Shown piece by piece: positions 5,181 through 12,294 of a stretch of 24,000 nt of DNA (position 1 is the stretch's first letter; each line of letters begins with the position of its first letter). The position numbers and the translations under genes were made by a program. The notes beneath the pieces were generated by a model. It saw nothing but the letters and a program-made list of their open reading frames with translations. It had not been told where the DNA came from and searched no databases. Where the stretch lies: NCBI GenBank assembly GCA_050013155.1, contig JBEKFU010000027.1:10318-34317 (forward strand). The letters are read 5' to 3'. Source of the stretch: Thermacetogeniaceae bacterium (GTDB lineage: Bacteria > Bacillota > DSM-12270 > Thermacetogeniales > Thermacetogeniaceae).

Positions 5181-7556
5181 ATGGAACAGGTGACTCTGAG
5201 CCTCTGCATGATCGCCAAAAACGAATCCGGGAATATTGGGCGCTGCCTGCAGAGCGTCAAGGATTTTGTGGACGAGATCATCGTCGTCGACACCGGCTCC
5301 ACCGACGATACCGTAGACATTGCCCGGGACATGGGAGCGACGGTGATCGAGACGGAATGGCAGGATGATTTCAGCCTCGCCCGCAACGCCTCACTCGATA
5401 GGGCGACCGGGGACTGGATCCTCTTCCTTGACTGCGACGAGGAACTGGCCCCCGGGAGCGGCTCCGAGCTGCGGGCGCTGATCCGGGACAGCCGCTATGA
5501 AGCCTACTTCATCCAGGTGTCCAACCTGACGGAAACGGGCTCCAAGTTCCTCGCTCCCAGCGTGCGCCTGTTCAGAAACAGAAAGGCCTTTCGTTTCGAG
5601 GGCCGGATCCATGAGCAGATCGCCACCTCGATCATTGCCAATAAGGGCCAGCAGAGCATCGGGCAGTGCAGCATCTCGATCATCCACCACGGTTACAACG
5701 GGCAGCAGTCCAACATCCAGGCAAAAATCAAGAGAAACCTGAAACTCCTGGGTATCACGGCAGATAAAGAAAAAGACGGTTTCTTCTATTACAACCTGGG
5801 TGTGGAGCACCTCCGCCTCAGGGAAATGGAAAAGGCCCTCGATTGCTTTTTAAAAGCCGCCAAACTGACGGCGGCCAACCTGGGGTATGCCCCAATCCTT
5901 GCTCTCAGAACCGCTACCACCCTGATGGACATGTCCAGGTACCGTGATGCTGTCAGGCACCTGAAATACTACCAGGGTATTTACGGGAATTTCAACGACC
6001 TGTTTCTCCTGGAGATGCTCTGTTACCTGCACTGCGGTTGGTACTCACAGGCCGGCGAATGCCTGCAGAGGTATTTCGCCATGCCTCCCGCCCCCACCTG
6101 GTATCCAACAGAAACGAACTACTGCGGGACTTCGGCCGAAGAATACAGGGACTGGCTGCAGGGGCGCCCCATCCCCAAGGATTATCCGGGGATCAGTGCC
6201 TGCATTATTGGCAGGGACGAGGCGGACCATATTCGCCACTGCATTCACGGCATCAACGAGATCGCCAGGGAGGTGATCTACGTCGATACGGGCTCGACCG
6301 ATGATACCCCGGCCATCGCTTTCCAGCATGGAGCGAAGGTCTTCGCCACCCCGTGGTCCGGCAGTTTCTCCGTGGTGCGCAATCTTAGCCTCGATCAGGC
6401 CTCAGCAGAGTGGGTCCTGGTTCTGGACGCCGATGAGATGCTGCCGGAAGAGAGCAAAAAACAGATTGTGGAGTTGCTCAAGAAGGCCCCGCCGGATGAG
6501 GGCGGGTATATCCTGAAAATCTGCACCTTCCTCGATGGCAGCATATCCCCTGCCAACTGCCACATTACCGGAAGCTGCAGGCTGTTCCGCCGGGTACCCG
6601 CCCCGGGTACCCGGCAAGGCGGGCACGGCCCGGATGCTCGCTACCGGGGAGCGGCCGGTGAAGAGGTAGTCACATCACTGCAGGCATCCGGCCAAACCGT
6701 TGCCCCGGCAGAGATCACCGTCAACCACCTACACTACCAATCAGAACCAAAAAGCATCGCCCGAAAAAGACAGTGGAAAATCGATGCCATCAACCAGGGT
6801 CTGCAGGAGGACCGCCTCACCTGCAACTACTTGCTGGGCACGGAGCTTTTCTACGCCCGGGACTTCGACGCGGCATCAGACCGCTTTGAAGCCTGCCGCA
6901 AGCTGAGCGATATGGCCTGTACGCCGGACTTTTTCTATTACTACGCCCTGTCCCTGATCAATACCCGGGATTACAACTGTGCAGTGGGAATCCTGGAGGA
7001 GGCATCGGGACTCTTCCCGGATTATACCGATTTGACCTACCTGCTGGCAGTTGCCCATAGCGCCCTGGGGAACACAGAGGCCGCAGAAACGCTGTTGCGC
7101 CGCTGCCTGGAACTGGGTGACGCCCCCTGGCAGAAGTACCTTGCCAGCCCGGGAACGGGAAGTTTCAAGGCAATGTACTCCCTGGGGACGGTCTTGGCGC
7201 AGCGGGGTCTCTTCTCCGAAGCTGCCGACCTGCTTTTTCAAGCCACTGCCCTGCCCGGGGGATTTGAGCAAGCCATTGAAGGCATCGTCATTTTGAGCGA
7301 TAAACTGGATGTCCCGCTGGAGCAGATATTAGAGGAGAAGGGGCTCCTAAATCCCGTGAGCATCAGCGCCGTCGCCAAAACCTGCGCCAAAATGCTGCGC
7401 TTCCAGGACAGCCTGCGCTACCTGGACATGGCCTACGACGAGGTTGTCAAGGGGCCGGCGCCGAGAAACTTCACCTGCATCATTCAGGCCATCGACCTGT
7501 TGATCAAGATGTTCTGCCGCGGCCCGGCGCCGGGCGCTGAACCCGCGATCTGTTGA
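5181..7556 (+). CDS. Tandem glycosyltransferase with architecture GT2 - TPR - GT2 - TPR
   Basis: GT2 module 1 spans about 5195-5695 (MIAKNES..EIIVVDTGSTDDT..ARN..DWILFLDCDEE..RLFRN..GRIHEQ). GT2 module 2 spans about 6190-6745 (ACIIGRDEA..EVIYVDTGSTDDT..VRN..EWVLVLDADEM). Helical TPR-like segments follow each module. ATG 5181 gives the usual N-terminus; the track start GTG 5157 has no RBS. Confidence 0.85.
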   Translation: MEQVTLSLCMIAKNESGNIGRCLQSVKDFVDEIIVVDTGSTDDTVDIARDMGATVIETEWQDDFSLARNASLDRATGDWILFLDCDEELAPGSGSELRALIRDSRYEAYFIQVSNLTETGSKFLAPSVRLFRNRKAFRFEGRIHEQIATSIIANKGQQSIGQCSISIIHHGYNGQQSNIQAKIKRNLKLLGITADKEKDGFFYYNLGVEHLRLREMEKALDCFLKAAKLTAANLGYAPILALRTATTLMDMSRYRDAVRHLKYYQGIYGNFNDLFLLEMLCYLHCGWYSQAGECLQRYFAMPPAPTWYPTETNYCGTSAEEYRDWLQGRPIPKDYPGISACIIGRDEADHIRHCIHGINEIAREVIYVDTGSTDDTPAIAFQHGAKVFATPWSGSFSVVRNLSLDQASAEWVLVLDADEMLPEESKKQIVELLKKAPPDEGGYILKICTFLDGSISPANCHITGSCRLFRRVPAPGTRQGGHGPDARYRGAAGEEVVTSLQASGQTVAPAEITVNHLHYQSEPKSIARKRQWKIDAINQGLQEDRLTCNYLLGTELFYARDFDAASDRFEACRKLSDMACTPDFFYYYALSLINTRDYNCAVGILEEASGLFPDYTDLTYLLAVAHSALGNTEAAETLLRRCLELGDAPWQKYLASPGTGSFKAMYSLGTVLAQRGLFSEAADLLFQATALPGGFEQAIEGIVILSDKLDVPLEQILEEKGLLNPVSISAVAKTCAKMLRFQDSLRYLDMAYDEVVKGPAPRNFTCIIQAIDLLIKMFCRGPAPGAEPAIC
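6594..6629. repeat. 36-nt GC-rich palindromic insertion (encodes VPAPGTRQGGHG) within the second GT2 module
   Basis: Module 1 reads LFRN-RKAFRFEGRIHEQ. Module 2 reads LFRR-[VPAPGTRQGGHG]-PDARYRGAAGEEV. The DNA contains direct GGGTACCCG x2 and the CCCGCC/GGCGGG stem, and shares GGTACCCGC with 2610. Confidence 0.5.
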
Positions 7557-7572
7557 CTGTCTAAGCACGTCA

Positions 7573-7601
7573 AAACCCGGGGCATGGCACATCCCGGGTT
7601 T
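7573..7601. terminator. Bidirectional terminator-like hairpin AAACCCGGG-N11-CCCGGGTTT between convergent genes
   Basis: 9-bp stem at 7573-7581 / 7593-7601, flanked by an A-run on the 5' side and a T-run on the 3' side. Confidence 0.6.
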
Positions 7602-7646
7602 ATGAATAAATTGAACCAACCTTCAAAGCTAAGCTATGCCCCCTGA

Positions 7647-8171
7647 TCATCCAGCGTAGTATTTGATCCGGTCCTCGCTGCACGGAACAGTTTCTACGCA
7701 AACAGTCGTGGGATCACAGAGATTGGTCACATGAAGGGAGATGGTAACTTGGCCGGAAACAGAAGTCGGCGTCGTTTCGATGCTGCCGGGGTCACAGGTG
7801 GCAGAGCAGGTTACTTTGGGTTCGCCGCACCCGCACGGACAGAGGGTGACACCGGCAGGCAGAGTAATGCAAGCCGATTGTCCGGTTATATCGCAGAAAT
7901 CCAGGAAGGTGCATGAACAGACGCATTTAAGGTCAGCTTCGTCCTTCTCGCGGTGGTGCTTGTCGAGATAGGCATATTCAAACTGGGCATCATAGGAAAA
8001 GCGTAGCGTCGGCGGCGTTGTGCTCAAATCCAGTTTGGCATCATAACAGCAAACGTTGCACTGGTTACCCGGTGCGACAGGCGTGAAGCAAGGGTCGTGA
8101 CAGGTCAACGTTATGGCTAAGACTGGATCGAATGAGGTGACTTCATAGGCACAAAGCTTAATTAATGGCAT
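7647..8171 (-). CDS. Very Cys-rich (19 Cys in 174 aa) hypothetical protein with no signal peptide. Candidate spore coat/exosporium cross-linking protein.
   Basis: ATG 8171 has AAGGAGG 7 nt upstream. Cys clusters are CNVCC, CVCSC and CPCGCG. The motif ITLPAGVTLC...TCSATC is shared with the 336-aa protein. Confidence 0.7.
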   Translation of the reverse strand: MPLIKLCAYEVTSFDPVLAITLTCHDPCFTPVAPGNQCNVCCYDAKLDLSTTPPTLRFSYDAQFEYAYLDKHHREKDEADLKCVCSCTFLDFCDITGQSACITLPAGVTLCPCGCGEPKVTCSATCDPGSIETTPTSVSGQVTISLHVTNLCDPTTVCVETVPCSEDRIKYYAG

Positions 8172-8211
8172 TTTTATACCTCCTTAAATAAATCTATGCC
8201 AAATCCGCTTA

Positions 8212-8239
8212 TATTATATGTTACCGGGATTAAAGGGGT
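8212..8239 (-). promoter_or_regulatory. Sigma-K-like promoter candidate: AC - 17 nt - CATATAATA
   Basis: On the minus strand, AC lies at 8239-8238 and CATATAATA at 8220-8212. The predicted TSS is about 35 nt upstream of ATG 8171. The motif has low information content. Confidence 0.35.
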
Positions 8240-8246
8240 GCCTTTC

Positions 8247-8298
8247 TAAAAAATAACAGTTGTGCTCATGGTTAAAAAATAACAGTTGTGCTCATGGT
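8247..8298. repeat. Perfect tandem duplication, 2 x 26 bp (TAAAAAATAACAGTTGTGCTCATGGT)
   Basis: 8247-8272 equals 8273-8298 exactly. The repeat sits between the fumarase-beta stop codon and the promoter region of the Cys-rich gene. Confidence 0.95.
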
Positions 8299-8299
8299 A

Positions 8300-8908
8300 T
8301 TATATTCCGGAAAACCTGCCTCTGTGGAAGAGATTGACAGGGGAGTAGGTATGGAGTTGGCGATAGCTGGCAGGGCCAGTCTGATACAGGTTCCGGCCGC
8401 GGCTATCGATGGCTACGGTGGCGGGGAAGTCCTCGATCACGAAGCGCCACAGCGCCTCGGTGCCCAGGTCATGATAGGCGACCACCTGCGCCTCTTTGAT
8501 GCAGTGCGACAGCAGGGCGCCGGCCCCGCCGGTGGCCGCCAGGTAAACGGCGCCGTTCTGCCGGATGGCCGCAATCACATCGGGGCTGCGGTCGCCCTTG
8601 CCGATCATCCCTCGCACTCCGTAGGCCAGCAGTTGGGGCGTGAAGGCGTCCATCCGCCCGGCGGTGGTCGGCCCCGCCGCTCCGATGACCCGGCCTGGAC
8701 GTGCCGGAGTCGGTCCCACGTAGTAGATGACCTGCCCTCTCAGATCTACCGGCAGGTCCTGGCCTCGAGCCAGGGTTTCGGCAAAACGCCGGTGCGCCTG
8801 GTCACGCGCCCCGAAGATCACTCCGGACAGCAGCACCTGCTGTCCAGCCTGCAGCGCCCTTGCCGTTTCCGCATCGAAGGGCGCCTTAATCCGCATGCAT
8901 TCATCCAT
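8300..8908 (-). CDS. Class I (Fe-S) fumarate hydratase / tartrate dehydratase family, beta subunit (C-terminal domain protein)
   Basis: LSGVIFGARDQAHRR..VIYYVGPTPARPG..GPTTAGRMD..GMIGKGDRS..AVYLAATGGAGALL matches the Fe-S hydro-lyase beta family. ATG has GGAGGAG 5 nt upstream. Confidence 0.9.
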   Translation of the reverse strand: MDECMRIKAPFDAETARALQAGQQVLLSGVIFGARDQAHRRFAETLARGQDLPVDLRGQVIYYVGPTPARPGRVIGAAGPTTAGRMDAFTPQLLAYGVRGMIGKGDRSPDVIAAIRQNGAVYLAATGGAGALLSHCIKEAQVVAYHDLGTEALWRFVIEDFPATVAIDSRGRNLYQTGPASYRQLHTYSPVNLFHRGRFSGI

Positions 8909-9050
8909 TCTATCTCCTCCAGGAGCAGACAGGGGGACGGTTCTTTGTCCAAGTAGTGTTTTGGACTATGTTAAGCGCTGGGTCATTCTATATGCCGCCT
9001 TGCTGTCAATCCGGCTGGCCTTGCACAATTTGCTTTTGTAATGCGCGCTG

Positions 9051-9902
9051 CTATTGCCCGGACCATATCCAGGTTTTATGCCGCAGGGCGTGGCAACCGA
9101 TGTTCACCGCCACCGGCAGCCCGGCGATGTGGGTCGGATAAGTCTCCACATGCACGGCCAGGGCGGTCACCCGGCCGCCGAGCCCCTCGGGGCCATAACC
9201 CAGGCCGTTGATCGCCGCCTTCAACTCGCTTTCCAGGGCAGCCAGGTTCGGGTCCTGGTTGGGCTCATCCAGCGGCCGCAGCAAGGCTTTCTTGGCTAGC
9301 AGCAGGGCCTTGTCCGCCGTTCCCCCCAGGCCGACCCCTACCGATACCGGCGGACACGGGTTCGCCCCGGCCCGATCCACTGCCGCCACCACGAACTGCC
9401 TGACCCCCGCCAATCCGTCCGCAGGTTTCAACATGCCCAGGGCGGTGCAGTTCTCGCTGCCGAATCCCTTGGGCATGATGGTGATGCGGAAGCCGTCCCC
9501 GGGCACGATGTCGTAATAGACCACCGCCGGGGTGTTGTCGCCGCTGTTCACCCTGCGCAAAGGATCAGCAACCACCGAGGCGCGCAGATAACCGTCCCGG
9601 TAGCCCCGGGCCACCCCCCGGTTGATGGCGTCAGCCAGGCTCCCGCCGGTGATATGGAGATCCTGGCCGACCTCCACGAAGGCGAGTACCATCCCGGTAT
9701 CCTGGCAGACGGGGACCCGCCCCGATGCAGCGACCCCGGCGTTGGCACAGAGCTCGTTCAGGATGCGCCGCCCGGTGGGGGAATCCTCCTGCTGCCCGGC
9801 CTCATCGAGGGCAGACAGCACATCGGGTGGGAGGTCAAAATTAGCCTCCTGGCAGAGAGCGGCCACCTTGTCCGCTATCAGGTCTGCGCCGAGTTCCCGC
9901 AC
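9051..9902 (-). CDS. Class I (Fe-S) fumarate hydratase / tartrate dehydratase family, alpha subunit
   Basis: VCQDTGMVLAFVEVGQD..YLRASVV.DPL.R.N.GDNTPAV..MPKGFGSEN..PCPP..VGVGLGGT is typical of the family. GTG start has AGGAGG 8 nt upstream, inside the murI 3' end. Confidence 0.9.
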   Translation of the reverse strand: MRELGADLIADKVAALCQEANFDLPPDVLSALDEAGQQEDSPTGRRILNELCANAGVAASGRVPVCQDTGMVLAFVEVGQDLHITGGSLADAINRGVARGYRDGYLRASVVADPLRRVNSGDNTPAVVYYDIVPGDGFRITIMPKGFGSENCTALGMLKPADGLAGVRQFVVAAVDRAGANPCPPVSVGVGLGGTADKALLLAKKALLRPLDEPNQDPNLAALESELKAAINGLGYGPEGLGGRVTALAVHVETYPTHIAGLPVAVNIGCHALRHKTWIWSGQ

Positions 9903-9903
9903 G

Positions 9904-10848
9904 CTACTGTCCTCCTGCGCCGCATTCGCAATTACTCTCGTTCAGGCTAACTTGCTCGACCTGGAACGGGAAATCGCCCAGAAACTGCCTACCGGAGGAG
10001 TAGAACGAGGCAGTAGCGCCGCTGGCGAAGAAGCGGTGCTCTGTCAGGCCCTGCGCCGCCGCACCCGCTGAAGCGGGTTCCCGGCGCCCGCAAGCAACGG
10101 CGCCGGGTCCGCGCCCGCAAGCGGGCTCCCGCCCGGAGCGCCGGGCGCGGCCGCGCCCATCCCCGCCGGCGGCGTCCGTCTGTAAGGCAAGCAGGGCAGC
10201 CAACTCTTTTACCGTCTCTTCGGCCGGGTCCACCACCTCCACCGCTTCTCCGGCCAGTTCTCTGATCACCGGCGCCAGGAAGGGATAGTGGGTGCAGCCC
10301 AGCACTATGGTATCCACCCCAGCCTCCTGAAGTGGCTGCAAATACTGCCGGGTCGCGGCCCGGACCTCCGGACCGTCGATCTTCCCCGACTCCACCAGGG
10401 GAACGAACTGGGGGCAGGCCTGGGCAAACACCGTCACCCCCGGATCGTAAGCCTGGAAGCCACGAGTATAGGAGCCGCTGTTGACGGTGGCGGCGGTGGC
10501 CAGGACACCGATCCGCCGGTTGCCGGTGACCTGCAGGGCTGCCCTTACTCCGGGCTCCACCACGCCCAGCAAGGGCAGGTGGTACTTCCGGCGGAGCACC
10601 GGCAGCGACACCGAAGTGCTGGTGTTGCAGGCGGCAACCACCACCTTGACATCAAACCGCAGCAAGAAAGAAAGGATCTGGTCGCCGAAAGCGATAATCT
10701 CCGCAGAGGGGCGCGGGCCGTAAGGAACCCGGGCCGTATCCCCGAAATAGACAATGCTCTCATCCGGCAACTGCTTCAGTATCTGCCTGACCACACTCAA
10801 ACCGCCCACACCGGAATCGAAAACGCCGATGGGTTGACTGCTGTCCAA
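9904..10848 (-). CDS. murI: Glutamate racemase, carrying a ~40-aa GC-repeat-encoded insertion near the C-terminus
   Basis: IGVFDSGVGGLSV, VVAACNTSTS and LGCTHYPF contain both catalytic Cys motifs. TTG start. Confidence 0.9.
   Translation of the reverse strand: MDSSQPIGVFDSGVGGLSVVRQILKQLPDESIVYFGDTARVPYGPRPSAEIIAFGDQILSFLLRFDVKVVVAACNTSTSVSLPVLRRKYHLPLLGVVEPGVRAALQVTGNRRIGVLATAATVNSGSYTRGFQAYDPGVTVFAQACPQFVPLVESGKIDGPEVRAATRQYLQPLQEAGVDTIVLGCTHYPFLAPVIRELAGEAVEVVDPAEETVKELAALLALQTDAAGGDGRGRARRSGREPACGRGPGAVACGRREPASAGAAAQGLTEHRFFASGATASFYSSGRQFLGDFPFQVEQVSLNESNCECGAGGQ
10045..10175. repeat. GC-rich hairpin cluster (family B) translated in frame inside murI
   Basis: A string of short GC hairpins (ACCCGC-TGAA-GCGGGT, GGCGCC..GGCGCC, GCCCGC-AA-GCGGGC, GCGGCCGC). 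It contains CCGCGCCCGCAAG (10109-10121), the reverse complement of the 13-mer at 14939 and 18523. It encodes DAAGGDGRGRARRSGREPACGRGPGAVACGRREPASAGAAAQG. Confidence 0.7.
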
Positions 10849-10913
10849 AGAGTTTCATCTCCATTTCCCGATGCTGGAATCTCCCTGTCTGACAACCCAG
10901 CCCGGCACGTTAG

Positions 10914-10922
10914 ATTATATCA
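10914..10922 (-). promoter_or_regulatory. Extended -10 promoter TGaTATAAT for the murI-fumarase operon
   Basis: The minus strand reads TGATATAAT, about 65 nt upstream of the murI TTG start. Confidence 0.45.
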
Positions 10923-10939
10923 CAATTTTTTGCCCAGCA

Positions 10940-11000
10940 CCGCCGGGCGCGGTTCGCTACGTTCAAATCAAGGTGGTGCCGGACGCTTTTGCGGGCGCGG
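10940..11000. repeat. Intergenic copy of GC-rich family B repeat
   Basis: CCGGGCGCGG ... TTGCGGGCGCGG (10989-11000) shares the 12-mer with 14940-14951 and 18524-18535. Confidence 0.5.
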
Positions 11001-11044
11001 TATGTTTTCGGTGTCGAGCGTATATAATTTTTTAATAAAGGATC

Positions 11045-11073
11045 TTTACAAACCCTGCCTGTCCATATATAAT
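11045..11073 (+). promoter_or_regulatory. Near-consensus sigma-A promoter TTTACA - 17 nt - TATAAT
   Basis: -35 at 11045-11050 and -10 at 11068-11073. It points toward the satP-like gene and would give a ~330-nt leader. Confidence 0.55.
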
Positions 11074-11408
11074 GATTATAATTACTTGAATTCGCCCACC
11101 TTCGCCTTATTTCTTGATCTCACCACGGTAAAGCGCCTATTTTCATCCGATATTTTCGTCTAATCTCACCATACTCTGAGAAGAACCCTACTGCCAAGAC
11201 GAACCACCATCCAGCCCGTTTAGTGCGATAAAGTTCATGCATTGCATCATCCCGAGGAGGGGGTGGAACAACAGAGTTTGAAAGCCGGGTAGGATCTCTT
11301 TATATGTTCCTGTGGGGTTGTCAAAAAATGTTTTATGGTCACCTGGTATGGTATCACTGGTCTGTAACGGTATTTATCTAATGATTCCAATGCGAAGGAG
11401 GTCTTTGA

Positions 11409-12011
11409 ATGAGTGACGAAGTTAAACAAATGAGTCTGGCAGCCTCAACTCCCAACCCAGCCGCCCTGGGTCTGGCGGGGTTCGGCGTGACCACCTTCAT
11501 GCTGAGCATGTTCAACGCCGGTTTCCTGCCTGGGGCTGCCATGTTGGTGGTGCTGGGGCCGGCCTTCTTCTACGGCGGCTTGGCACAACTGTGTGCCGGC
11601 CAGCAGGAGTACAAGACTGGCAACGTCTTCGGCGCCACCGCCTTCTCCTCGTACGGCGCCTTCTGGCTGGCTCTGGCCACCGTTCTCCTGCTGATGGCTC
11701 TCAAAGTCGTAGATTTCGGCGCCAGCACAGGAGCGGCGCTCGGCATCTTTATGATTGGGTTCACTATCTTCAATACTTACATGTGGATCGGGTCTTTCAA
11801 GCAAAGCATCGCTGTATGCGTGATCTTCACCACGTTGGAGATCACGGAAATCCTGCTTGACATAGGCTTTTTTGGACATGCTGCATGCACTACATGGGGT
11901 GGATACTGGGGCATCATCTGTGCCTTGAGCGCCTTGTATGTCTCTGCTGCAGTCGTACTCAACACGGTTTACAAGAAAACCATACTACCGGTCGGACCCC
12001 TGGACAAATAA
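11409..12011 (+). CDS. satP: GPR1/FUN34/YaaH-family acetate/succinate channel
   Basis: NPAALGLAGFGVTTFMLS, FYGGLAQLCAGQQEYKTGNVFGATAFSSYGAFWL and six hydrophobic segments are colinear with E. coli SatP/YaaH. ATG has GGAGG 7 nt upstream. Confidence 0.9.
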   Translation: MSDEVKQMSLAASTPNPAALGLAGFGVTTFMLSMFNAGFLPGAAMLVVLGPAFFYGGLAQLCAGQQEYKTGNVFGATAFSSYGAFWLALATVLLLMALKVVDFGASTGAALGIFMIGFTIFNTYMWIGSFKQSIAVCVIFTTLEITEILLDIGFFGHAACTTWGGYWGIICALSALYVSAAVVLNTVYKKTILPVGPLDK

Positions 12012-12031
12012 GACTCAACCCCTACCCGGCT

Positions 12032-12063
12032 AAAAAACCGGCAGAAACCTGCCGGTTTTTTTT
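12032..12063. terminator. Intrinsic terminator AACCGGCAG-AAAC-CTGCCGGTT plus a T-tract; the 5' A-tract makes it bidirectional
   Basis: 9-bp stem at 12036-12044 / 12049-12057. T-tract at 12058-12063, A-tract at 12032-12037. Confidence 0.85.
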
Positions 12064-12151
12064 CGAATTCTGTAACTCTTCAGGGTAGACCCCATGCCGC
12101 AACCGTTGGCACCGTCAGAGCATTCGAAGGGAAAGGCCAATCGAACATCGA

Positions 12152-12264
12152 ACTTCCCGGTGTGCAGGCGGGGCTTTCCTCCGCATCCGGGCTGCGCCCG
12201 GCCTGAAGGCCGGCTCAAGGCTCCGCCTTGGCTGAAAGCCCGCCGGCACACCGGGAATGCGGAG
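12152..12264. repeat. GC-rich structured intergenic repeat (family A, opposite orientation to the 1087 copy)
   Basis: 12179-12258 is about 90% identical to 21389-21469. An outer ~24-bp stem pairs TTCCCGGTGTGCAGGCGGGGCTTTC with GAAAGCCCGCCGGCACACCGGGAA. CTCCGCAT...ATGCGGAG interleaves with that stem (pseudoknot-like or alternative folds). Confidence 0.8.
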
Positions 12265-12294
12265 CACAGGAAGCCTGCCAACATCGAGGACGTC

